A stretch of DNA of 56,369 nucleotides from a virus (lineage: Duplodnaviria > Caudoviricetes), in the IMG/VR virus record IMGVR_UViG_3300031919_000004, positions 1 through 56,369 of that record; one strand, 5' to 3'. A program made the translations under genes and the position numbers. Positions 1 to 7,374 of the stretch are shown here, piece after piece (position 1 is the first letter of the stretch; each line of letters begins with the position of its first letter). The notes below the pieces were generated by a model. It made no database searches. It saw nothing but the letters and a program-made list of their open reading frames with translations, and was not told where the DNA came from.

Positions 1-2
1 TT

Positions 3-1211
3 TCCAACCGCGCCCGTACGGATGACGAGATAGCGCAGGCATATGCAAGTGGGCAACCTTTACCAGTAGATAGATATACAACTTATAAATTAAATTTTGA
101 TGAAAATTTAAAAGTAGCTGGTTTTGGAGGTAATTATGTATCTCCAATAATTGATTTATCTTCTGTAGGAATAGCAGAAACTTCTAAAATTAAATGGGAA
201 GCAATGGCAGGAGATTTTATAAAACATGAATTTACCGACATTGGCAAGTTTGAAGATACGGGAAACGGAACAAGTCCTACTTTTAGTTATTTAACGGAGG
301 ATGGCATTAACTTTTTAAGGGTGGCTGGCGGTGAAGCGTGGTATTACTATGACGAACTTATAAAATTTGACCCGACTAAACTTTATATTATTCGGGCAAA
401 GGTACGGCAGGTATCAGACCCAACAGCAGGAGGTAAGTCTATTTATATAGGCGTTGAAGGGGTAGCTGTAGACCGTCAAACAATGATTAATATAAACGGC
501 GATACTCTCCATGATAACCAACACTATGTAGCTGCCTCCGGTGTAACATTGACAGTGGGAACAGGGTGGCAGGAGTTTATAGGGTATATTAAAGGACACG
601 GTATTCCGGCAGGAGGGCAACACAATGACCCAAATGACCCAGCAAAAATGTATCCCGGTGTTGAATTTATACGGCCTTTGTTTATCCTCAACTATAATGA
701 CGGTAACGGAACAGCAGACATTGATCTTGAAATATTAGAGTTTCCCGGTGAAGTTGAAATCCAGACTAACCTTTCACTTGATGACGGTTTCTCATGGCAA
801 GGCTGGACAGTAGCCACAAACGGTGGTATAATTAATGGTATAAATAAGGGAACAGATTTAAGTAATGCTTTATTACAAGTTAAGGCATTACTGGCTATGG
901 ATGTTGGGGTAAGTCCTGTATTGGAGAGTTTGACGGTTGAGGTGGAAAAGGAGCAAAGTGGTATTCCGGCAATAGGCTCCCAGTTAAGGGTATGGAGTTT
1001 AGATAATAAATGGCCTTACCCGGAGTATTGCACAAGTGAGGATAACGTAACTTTCACTAATTGGACACCTATTGAACCGGGCGAAGTGGTTGAAATTCCT
1101 TATCCGGGCTATTATAAGGTTCGGTCACAAGGTAAGATTGAATTTAGAAATTATAAAAAGGCATTTGATGAGACTGATGCCGTTGTGGGGAGTGTGGTTG
1201 TTGATGTTTGA
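3..1211 (+). CDS. C-terminal part of tail-tip/receptor-binding protein (5'-truncated by window edge)
   Basis: Frame 3 is open from base 3 (SNRARTDDEIAQAYASGQPLPVD, typical end of a LamG fold) into ORF 204..1211; probable continuation of the open ORF at 53554-56369. Confidence 0.8.
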   Translation, partial: SNRARTDDEIAQAYASGQPLPVDRYTTYKLNFDENLKVAGFGGNYVSPIIDLSSVGIAETSKIKWEAMAGDFIKHEFTDIGKFEDTGNGTSPTFSYLTEDGINFLRVAGGEAWYYYDELIKFDPTKLYIIRAKVRQVSDPTAGGKSIYIGVEGVAVDRQTMININGDTLHDNQHYVAASGVTLTVGTGWQEFIGYIKGHGIPAGGQHNDPNDPAKMYPGVEFIRPLFILNYNDGNGTADIDLEILEFPGEVEIQTNLSLDDGFSWQGWTVATNGGIINGINKGTDLSNALLQVKALLAMDVGVSPVLESLTVEVEKEQSGIPAIGSQLRVWSLDNKWPYPEYCTSEDNVTFTNWTPIEPGEVVEIPYPGYYKVRSQGKIEFRNYKKAFDETDAVVGSVVVDV

Positions 1212-1617
1212 ACGTCTCAAGATTAAAGGCACGTGGTACTTTTACTATGATGATGGGACAGTAATTAAAGCGGAGAATGACATTTCTCCTGATGGCCTCA
1301 ATGCTATTGCCGAGGGCATTGAGGTTTTCTCCTCCCCTTTTCTTGCATTGGGGAACGATACGGCTACAGGATTTACCATGAACGAAGTATTTAGAAAAGC
1401 GGTATCGAGTGTAAGCAGGACAGCTAATGAGGTAAGGTTTAGAACACAATTACTTGCTATTGAAGCGGTGGGAGATTTTGAAAAAGCGGCTATTTATATT
1501 AACGCTTCAAGCTCGGCAGGGAGCGGAATAATGTTTAATTTGTTACGGAAAACATTTTCTAAAGCAAGTGGGACAGTTTTAACTATAGAGTGTAGAATAA
1601 CTGTTCAAGATGGATAA
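1204..1617 (+). CDS. tail-associated structural protein
   Basis: ATG at 1204 overlaps the previous gene; LALGNDT...EVFRKAV...KASGTVLTIECRITV resembles tail-fibre attachment domains. Confidence 0.6.
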   Translation: MFERLKIKGTWYFYYDDGTVIKAENDISPDGLNAIAEGIEVFSSPFLALGNDTATGFTMNEVFRKAVSSVSRTANEVRFRTQLLAIEAVGDFEKAAIYINASSSAGSGIMFNLLRKTFSKASGTVLTIECRITVQDG

Positions 1618-1631
1618 AGGAGAGTGATTAA

Positions 1632-2363
1632 ATGGTTTTAAACGCGTTTAAAGGCAATGTCTCTATAGTAGACGAGGCAACGATGAATTCGTTTTTATCA
1701 TTACAAGATTTTGTTTTAATTTATACAGGAAATGTAAAAGATAGTTTTACAGGTTCGGGAGTGTATGAGTTTAGTTGTGATGGATATAATCATGCAATAT
1801 ACTTTACAGCTTTAAATACCACAGTAATTGCACGGGCAGAATTTGAGCTTGTTAAGCATGGGAATGGGGCAGACGTAATCATTGAGATTAGGGAAGGTTT
1901 AAATATTGACGGCAGTACAGATGGAACATTGTTAAAAACAATGTGTATACCGAAAGAATTTTTACCTACAAGTTATGGATATGTAAGTGTTCCATTTGAT
2001 TTAACAGGATTGACAAGCGGAGCTAAATACTGGTTTGTGGTAAAGAAAAATGGAGACGCTACTAATCATTTCCACTTAATAGGGGAAGCCTCACAAGACG
2101 CAAATTATCCATGTTACAGAAGGTTAGAAGATACAGGACAATGGGCTCAAACATATTCTATTCATTTTAAAATGATTACAGACGATACAGGGGATTTAAA
2201 ACATGCAGTATATGGGCAAGCATATACTGATATTATCTGGAGTGGAGAATTGCCGGGAGAAATAAGGAGGTTCGTACCGCCTATTGATGGTTGGGACGGC
2301 GGTATAAGGGATAAAATGATAATTTCTTTTAACGGGGAATATCTTAAAAGAGGTGATGTTTAA
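1632..2363 (+). CDS. putative tail protein
   Basis: 243 aa, SD AAGGAG, beta-rich, in tail module. Confidence 0.6.
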   Translation: MVLNAFKGNVSIVDEATMNSFLSLQDFVLIYTGNVKDSFTGSGVYEFSCDGYNHAIYFTALNTTVIARAEFELVKHGNGADVIIEIREGLNIDGSTDGTLLKTMCIPKEFLPTSYGYVSVPFDLTGLTSGAKYWFVVKKNGDATNHFHLIGEASQDANYPCYRRLEDTGQWAQTYSIHFKMITDDTGDLKHAVYGQAYTDIIWSGELPGEIRRFVPPIDGWDGGIRDKMIISFNGEYLKRGDV

Positions 2364-3022
2364 TGATTGGAATAGGTGAATTATTGTTAAGTTATCTCCG
2401 TAGACAAATAGGGTTACGGACGGATGCAAGCAGTTCCAGCGGTTCTGTTCATGCTAAGTTGGGGTATTTAAAAGATTATATATTATCGACCGGCGATTCT
2501 TTGTCAAGTGAACATTCAACTATTCAAAGTTTAGTAGAGCGTGCCCCTTGGGTAAGTGGTAAAAACGTGAATGTACTTTTTGGGTTTGATAATACGAGCA
2601 GGGATACTGGAGGTGCTTGGGGAAATGTGTTCTCTTTATCAGGGCCGATACAAGTATTTGATGGATATATTCAGATTGATACTACCAACGGTAGTTGTTA
2701 TTTTGAATTTACTATAGATAATCATGTTAAGGCTTTTAATGCTGGTGATTTAGACCTCGCTAAATATGGTGTTGAATATTGGTTTAAAGATGCCAATTAT
2801 TCAGGAGGACAAACTTCTTTTAGTTGGATAATTCCACGGTTATATAGTAATTTTTATAATTCAACAACAACATACGCAACTCCTCCATCTTTTACAAACG
2901 GTGTGATAATTTCAATACCTTTTATATATGTAAACACTTTATTGAGATTGAGATTTGGAACAAATGCAAATACTTCAGTAAATCCTTTTACTTGGTGGAG
3001 CATTTGGTACAATAATGTATAA
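2363..3022 (+). CDS. putative tail fibre/receptor-binding protein
   Basis: N-term RRQIGLRTDASSSSGSVHAKL followed by an AT-rich, aromatic/Ser/Thr-rich C-terminal domain. Confidence 0.55.
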   Translation: MIGIGELLLSYLRRQIGLRTDASSSSGSVHAKLGYLKDYILSTGDSLSSEHSTIQSLVERAPWVSGKNVNVLFGFDNTSRDTGGAWGNVFSLSGPIQVFDGYIQIDTTNGSCYFEFTIDNHVKAFNAGDLDLAKYGVEYWFKDANYSGGQTSFSWIIPRLYSNFYNSTTTYATPPSFTNGVIISIPFIYVNTLLRLRFGTNANTSVNPFTWWSIWYNNV

Positions 3023-3039
3023 AAGGGGGATAATAAATA

Positions 3040-3426
3040 ATGGAAATTAAAATTGAAAAGGAAAATTATATTATTCGTGAGAAATGCTATGAAGGTGATA
3101 AATTACTTTATGAAAAGGTTATAGGTAGTGATAGAAACCTTATCATTGAAGCGGAGCAGAGAGAAGTCCAAGTAAATACTTCATTACCTATAACAGTTAC
3201 TTGGGGGTCATTTGAAGGTGAAATTTTAACAGAGGAAGAAGCTCCAATAAAAATAACTGTAGAGGCAGAAGGAGCTAATATTGCAGAATTAGAATTGACC
3301 CCTATTAGTGGAGTAGCAGGGTTTGATTTTGTAAGTGAGGTTATTGGAATTCATACCATTAAAGCTGAAGGACTGAGTGGTACATTCACGGGAGATATTA
3401 TAAAGGTGGTGGTCACTAATGCCTAA
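3040..3426 (+). CDS. hypothetical protein (Ig-like, tail accessory)
   Basis: 128 aa with SD, acidic and beta-rich. Confidence 0.5.
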   Translation: MEIKIEKENYIIREKCYEGDKLLYEKVIGSDRNLIIEAEQREVQVNTSLPITVTWGSFEGEILTEEEAPIKITVEAEGANIAELELTPISGVAGFDFVSEVIGIHTIKAEGLSGTFTGDIIKVVVTNA

Positions 3427-3604
3427 ACCGAAAATAGTTGTTAAAAAATCTATTAAACAAATAGAGAAGGAGCAAGCAGAAGAAAAACGGAAACAAATAA
3501 TAAATTCTATAAAACAGAAAAAGAAAAAAGGAGAAAAATTAACACTTGAGGATATAAACGATAAACTTGATATGATACTTGAATTATTGGAGGAGGGTAA
3601 ATAA
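3419..3604 (+). CDS. hypothetical protein
   Basis: 61 aa, overlapping start, basic N-term. Confidence 0.55.
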   Translation: MPKPKIVVKKSIKQIEKEQAEEKRKQIINSIKQKKKKGEKLTLEDINDKLDMILELLEEGK

Positions 3605-3607
3605 AAA

Positions 3608-3808
3608 ATGAATAATATGAGAATTTTCGAGGTCAAGCTTGGCATTGACGGGGAGGTTGAAATAAGTTATCCGGAAGAAATAGCGGAAGCTATAACTCAA
3701 GAAGATTTAAAAAGAATGACTCCTCATGTAATGAAAGCTGTTAAAACCTTTTTAGATGCGTTGCAACGAAAAGCAATACAAGAACGTAAAACTATAGCAA
3801 TAAAGTAA
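3608..3808 (+). CDS. hypothetical protein
   Basis: 66 aa, SD GGAGGG. Confidence 0.55.
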   Translation: MNNMRIFEVKLGIDGEVEISYPEEIAEAITQEDLKRMTPHVMKAVKTFLDALQRKAIQERKTIAIK

Positions 3809-3843
3809 AGGAGTAGTGCCTTTCTGTAAGGGGGGGATATTTA

Positions 3844-4035
3844 ATGGATGTGGAATTAGTAAAAGAATTAGGTTGTCTGAAAACGGAAGTAGATAACGTA
3901 AAAGAAAGACAAGACAGGTCAGACCATGTTATTGAACGGGTTGAGGTTAAAATCGACAAACTTCAATTTTGGTTTATGGTGTTTTTCGCCGGTATGGTTG
4001 TTCAAATGGGGATCATGCTTTATAACGCAAAGTAA
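3844..4035 (+). CDS. XhlA/hemolysin-like membrane protein (lysis accessory)
   Basis: Coiled-coil N-term plus C-terminal TM helix (FWFMVFFAGMVVQMGIML) at the head of the lysis cassette. Confidence 0.6.
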   Translation: MDVELVKELGCLKTEVDNVKERQDRSDHVIERVEVKIDKLQFWFMVFFAGMVVQMGIMLYNAK

Positions 4036-4085
4036 TTCTTAGTTGCTCGGTGATTAGGGCAATTTTTTGTTAAGGGGGTTTAAAA

Positions 4086-5126
4086 ATGAAGCCATTTATT
4101 TTTTCAGCAAGCGACTACAAAGAATTTATTAAGGACAAGGATTGGCCTTGTTTCCCAAGTCCCTTCGACCCGAAAGACTATCCTTTTAGGTGGTTTTACA
4201 GGGGAGCGGAATTACCGGAAGCGGTGAACTATGAACCTTATATGCGGTTACGGTGGCAGGGTAAGTTCGGCACTTGCGTAGCTTTTGCCTCTATTCATGT
4301 TCGGAACTTGCATGAAACAAAGCAAGGAGATTTACCACAAGGCGGTTTAAGTCCTCTGTATTTGTATGTAAGGTGTAAGGATAAGGACGGTATTCCAGAC
4401 AAGGAAGGGACGTTTCCACGGGTTGCTATGGCGGTTATGCAGGGAGAGGGCACTTGTCCTGAAACGCTCATGCCTTATGATATGTTGAAGGACATTAATG
4501 TACTGCCTGAAGTCAATCCTAATTTTGTGAAAGAAGCAAACAAGTTTAAGATTAAGACTTATGCACGGGTGGAAAGTATTGAGGAGATTAAACAGGCACT
4601 TGTTGAGCAAGGCCCGGTACTGATTGGTATTTTAGTAACTGAAAGTTTTATGAAGGTTGGTGCTGATGGCATTGTCCCGGCTCCCAAAGGCTATTGGTTG
4701 GGAGGTCACGCTTTAGTTATCTGTGGATATGATGAGCGGAGAAAAGCCTTCCGAATTGCTAACAGTTGGGACGATTGGGGGCAGAATGGCTTTGCTTGGA
4801 TGCCTTACGAAGTGTTTGAATGGGAAACCACTGACACTAAAATACCGTTTGTTATGGAAGCGTGGACGCTGGTTGACATTGAATGGCAACCTGACAAGGA
4901 TGACTACATTAAGGACATTTTGAGCAAAGAAGTTGTTTTCCAGATTGGCAATAAAACTTATTGGGTAAACGGTAATCCTATTCAGATGGATGTTGCTCCA
5001 GAAATAAAAGACGGGCGTACCATGTTGCCTCTGCGGTTCTGTGCGGAAGGAATAGGCAAACTTCTGGATAAGCCTATTATTATTGATTGGAAAGCGGAAG
5101 AAAAGAAAGTTATTCTTAAAGTTTAA
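4086..5126 (+). CDS. papain-family (C1A) cysteine protease with C-terminal copper-amine-oxidase N-terminal-like domain
   Basis: QGKFGTCVAF (oxyanion Gln, catalytic Cys), GGHAL (His), ANSW (Asn); C-term MDVAPEIKDGRTMLPLRF. Confidence 0.9.
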   Translation: MKPFIFSASDYKEFIKDKDWPCFPSPFDPKDYPFRWFYRGAELPEAVNYEPYMRLRWQGKFGTCVAFASIHVRNLHETKQGDLPQGGLSPLYLYVRCKDKDGIPDKEGTFPRVAMAVMQGEGTCPETLMPYDMLKDINVLPEVNPNFVKEANKFKIKTYARVESIEEIKQALVEQGPVLIGILVTESFMKVGADGIVPAPKGYWLGGHALVICGYDERRKAFRIANSWDDWGQNGFAWMPYEVFEWETTDTKIPFVMEAWTLVDIEWQPDKDDYIKDILSKEVVFQIGNKTYWVNGNPIQMDVAPEIKDGRTMLPLRFCAEGIGKLLDKPIIIDWKAEEKKVILKV

Positions 5127-5142
5127 AAAGGAGGGATAGCTA

Positions 5143-5436
5143 ATGGGTATGGAAATGGATAAAATCATGGAAATGCTGACCTATGCTGGCATTAGTATTC
5201 CGGCTGTAATTTTGGGTTTGGTGGCAATGGCTAACAGGCTCGGTGTGCCTAAAAAGTTTTCTCCGGTGCTTTCTCTGGCTCTTGGTATTGTTTCCGGGTT
5301 TGTGTATTTAGTTCCGACTGACCCGAAAGCGGCTGTACTATTTGGCATTGTGGCGGGTCTAATCCCTGTCGGCCTGTTTAGCGGTATTAAGAACGTGGCT
5401 GAACTGATAAAAGACGATAGAAAGAAGGTAATCTAA
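5143..5436 (+). CDS. holin
   Basis: 97 aa, three hydrophobic segments, basic C-term, directly upstream of endolysin. Confidence 0.8.
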   Translation: MGMEMDKIMEMLTYAGISIPAVILGLVAMANRLGVPKKFSPVLSLALGIVSGFVYLVPTDPKAAVLFGIVAGLIPVGLFSGIKNVAELIKDDRKKVI

Positions 5437-5437
5437 T

Positions 5438-6025
5438 ATGCCTGACAAGTCCCATATTGTTATTCACCATTCGGGAACAGATGACGGGGACGTAAACTCT
5501 TTCCGCAAATATCACGTTGAAAAATTAGGCTGGCGGGACATTGGCTATAATTGGGTGATAACAAAGGAAGGAGAAAAGCAAAAAGGCCGGGACGAGAGCG
5601 ACACGGGGGCTCATTGTAAGGGTATAATGAACTATGTGGGAATAGGCGTTTGTTTAGTGGGTAATTTTGAAAAGTACCCGCCTAATGAAAAGCAAATGCA
5701 AGCACTGAAGGAATTGATTGGAGAAATACGGGGCAGGTGGCTTATACCGTTATCAAATGTAGGAATACACAACCAATACAGACAAACGGTATGCCCCGGC
5801 AGGTATTTCCCTTATGACGAGTTGATGACCGAGCTAAAAAGAGCGGAGCAAGGTTTTAAAGACATTGAAGGACATTGGGCAGAGGATGAGATTAGGCAAG
5901 CATTTGAATTGGGCATTGTGTCCGGCGTTACAGATAGCCTATTTAAGCCTGACAGGGAAGCGACAAGGGCAGAAGTCACGGCTATTGTAATGAGGGCCAT
6001 AAACAAAATTCTAAAAGGTGAGTAA
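5438..6025 (+). CDS. endolysin, N-acetylmuramoyl-L-alanine amidase (Amidase_2) with C-terminal SLH domain
   Basis: IVIHHS, GWRDIGYN, GAHC, TVCPG; FKDIEGHWAE...FKPDREATRAEV SLH motif. Confidence 0.92.
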   Translation: MPDKSHIVIHHSGTDDGDVNSFRKYHVEKLGWRDIGYNWVITKEGEKQKGRDESDTGAHCKGIMNYVGIGVCLVGNFEKYPPNEKQMQALKELIGEIRGRWLIPLSNVGIHNQYRQTVCPGRYFPYDELMTELKRAEQGFKDIEGHWAEDEIRQAFELGIVSGVTDSLFKPDREATRAEVTAIVMRAINKILKGE

Positions 6026-6060
6026 AGGCGGGTTGATTTGTTCGACCCGCCTTTGTTTTC
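6026..6060 (+). terminator. Rho-independent terminator
   Basis: AGGCGGGTTGA-loop-TCGACCCGCCT followed by a T-rich run. Confidence 0.75.
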
Positions 6061-6103
6061 TTTGTTTAATATTTTTTAGAGAGTATATATCTAATATTCT
6101 TTA

Positions 6104-6143
6104 AGGGACAATCTTGTCCTCTGTATAGGACAGATTTGTCCTC
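6104..6143. repeat. two GGACA-N4-TGTCC palindromes, 22 bp apart (candidate initiator-binding iterons)
   Basis: GGACAATCTTGTCC 6106-6119 and GGACAGATTTGTCC 6128-6141 next to an AT-rich tract. Confidence 0.55.
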
Positions 6144-6173
6144 CGTATTTAGGGTAATACAATCTCCCGAAGG

Positions 6174-6237
6174 GCTGGCAGGTTCAAGAAAAAATTTTCA
6201 AAAAACTTGCCATTTCTTGTTGACCATGTTTTTATTA
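6174..6237 (+). repeat. 64-bp direct repeat, copy 1
   Basis: 62/64 identical to 7154-7217. Confidence 0.95.
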
Positions 6238-6255
6238 CATGGTAATATATAATCA
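6220..6255 (+). promoter_or_regulatory. class I (early, host sigma-A type) promoter
   Basis: TTGACC-N17-TAATAT with extended TG; shared motif TGGTAATATATAATCAA. Confidence 0.8.
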
Positions 6256-6283
6256 ACAAGAACGAAACGGGAGGCGGTACATA

Positions 6284-7099
6284 ATGACAAACAGAACTTT
6301 CGGAGTTGAAATAGAATTTTTCGGAGTAACGAAGGAACAGGTTGCAGAAGCTCTCAACAGAGCTGGCATAGATGTAAGAGTTGAAAATTACAACCACACC
6401 ACCCGGTCGCATTGGAAGCTCGTATATGATGCAAGCGTAAACAGTGCCGGAACAGGTTGCACAAGGGGCGGTAACGAGATAGTAAGCCCGGTACTGCAAG
6501 GTGAAGAAGGACTCGAAGAACTCAAGCTGGTAGTGAAGGTTATAGAGGAAGTCGGGGGAAAAGTAGATAGGACTTGTGGAGTACACGTTCACCATGGTGC
6601 AAGCGACCTCGACCTCAACGGAATAAAGAACATAGCAAAGCTCTATACAAAATACGAACTCATCTTCGATAGCCTCGTACCGGAGAGCCGCAGGAAGAAC
6701 AACAACCGTTACTGCTGTAGCCTCACAGCAAACGAACTGCACAGCATTGAAACAGCTCAAGACCTGTGGGACATTCACGGAGAATGCATAATAAGCAGAT
6801 ACCGCAAGCTCAACGTACAAAGCTTTTTTAAATATCAGACAATCGAATTTAGACAACATGGCGGAAGCCTCAACGGTAACAAAATAGCAAACTGGATACG
6901 GCTCACCCAACAGGTAGTAGAAAAGGCGAAGGTAGCAAGGAAAGTAAATCCGATTAAAGGCGAAACAACTCTAAAGTCACAGCACAGAATGTACCAGAGA
7001 ATGAAAAAGGAACTCGGAATTGATGAAGAACTGAACAAAGAACTGCTTAAAAGAATGAAGGAACTGAATAACAGGCAAGAAGCTCGGCGGTTAGCATAG
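6284..7099 (+). CDS. amidoligase (Amidoligase_2, COOH-NH2 ligase family)
   Basis: RTFGVEIEF, WKLVYDASV, EIVSPVL, CGVHVH, TIEFRQH. Confidence 0.9.
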   Translation: MTNRTFGVEIEFFGVTKEQVAEALNRAGIDVRVENYNHTTRSHWKLVYDASVNSAGTGCTRGGNEIVSPVLQGEEGLEELKLVVKVIEEVGGKVDRTCGVHVHHGASDLDLNGIKNIAKLYTKYELIFDSLVPESRRKNNNRYCCSLTANELHSIETAQDLWDIHGECIISRYRKLNVQSFFKYQTIEFRQHGGSLNGNKIANWIRLTQQVVEKAKVARKVNPIKGETTLKSQHRMYQRMKKELGIDEELNKELLKRMKELNNRQEARRLA

Positions 7100-7120
7100 A
7101 CCGCCGGGGGTTTTTTTTGT
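7084..7120 (+). terminator. Rho-independent terminator
   Basis: CTCGGCGGT-loop-ACCGCCGGG followed by a T run. Confidence 0.75.
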
Positions 7121-7153
7121 TTAGCCCCAACTTGTTTCTATTTGTCGAAAGTT

Positions 7154-7217
7154 GCTGGCAGGTTCAAGAAAAAATTCTCAAAAAACTTGCCATTTCTTGT
7201 TGACTATGTTTTTATTA
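7154..7217 (+). repeat. 64-bp direct repeat, copy 2 (retains -35; adjacent -10 degenerate)
   Basis: 62/64 identical to 6174-6237, offset 980 bp. Confidence 0.95.
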
Positions 7218-7308
7218 TAGGGAATTATAGGCAAATCACACCGTGCATTTGCTTGCCCATGTGGGTTCTGACGAGGGTTAAAGAGAGATAAAAAGAGAGA
7301 ACTAAAAT

Positions 7309-7340
7309 ACTTAACTTTTCCCTTTTTGTTGGCATATATT
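7309..7340 (+). promoter_or_regulatory. class II (putative phage-sigma) promoter
   Basis: ACTTAA-N18-CATATATT. Confidence 0.7.
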
Positions 7341-7368
7341 ATTACGAAATATGTCAGCAAGGAGGGAA
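7318..7368 (+). promoter_or_regulatory. 20-bp RNA hairpin occluding the helicase RBS
   Basis: 7318-7337 pairs fully with 7349-7368 (16 Watson-Crick + 4 G-U); 3' arm contains AAGGAGG. Confidence 0.75.
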
Positions 7369-7374
7369 TTTTTT

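Noticed and set aside
6149-6910. 253-aa minus-strand ORF (and other long antisense ORFs such as 38876-39610)
   Set aside because: Shadows of well-supported + strand genes; no RBS or recognisable motifs
7255-7350. CTGACGAG resembling a hammerhead ribozyme core
   Set aside because: No stem II closing onto a GAAA at a suitable position; the nearby CGAAA lies in the loop of the RBS hairpin
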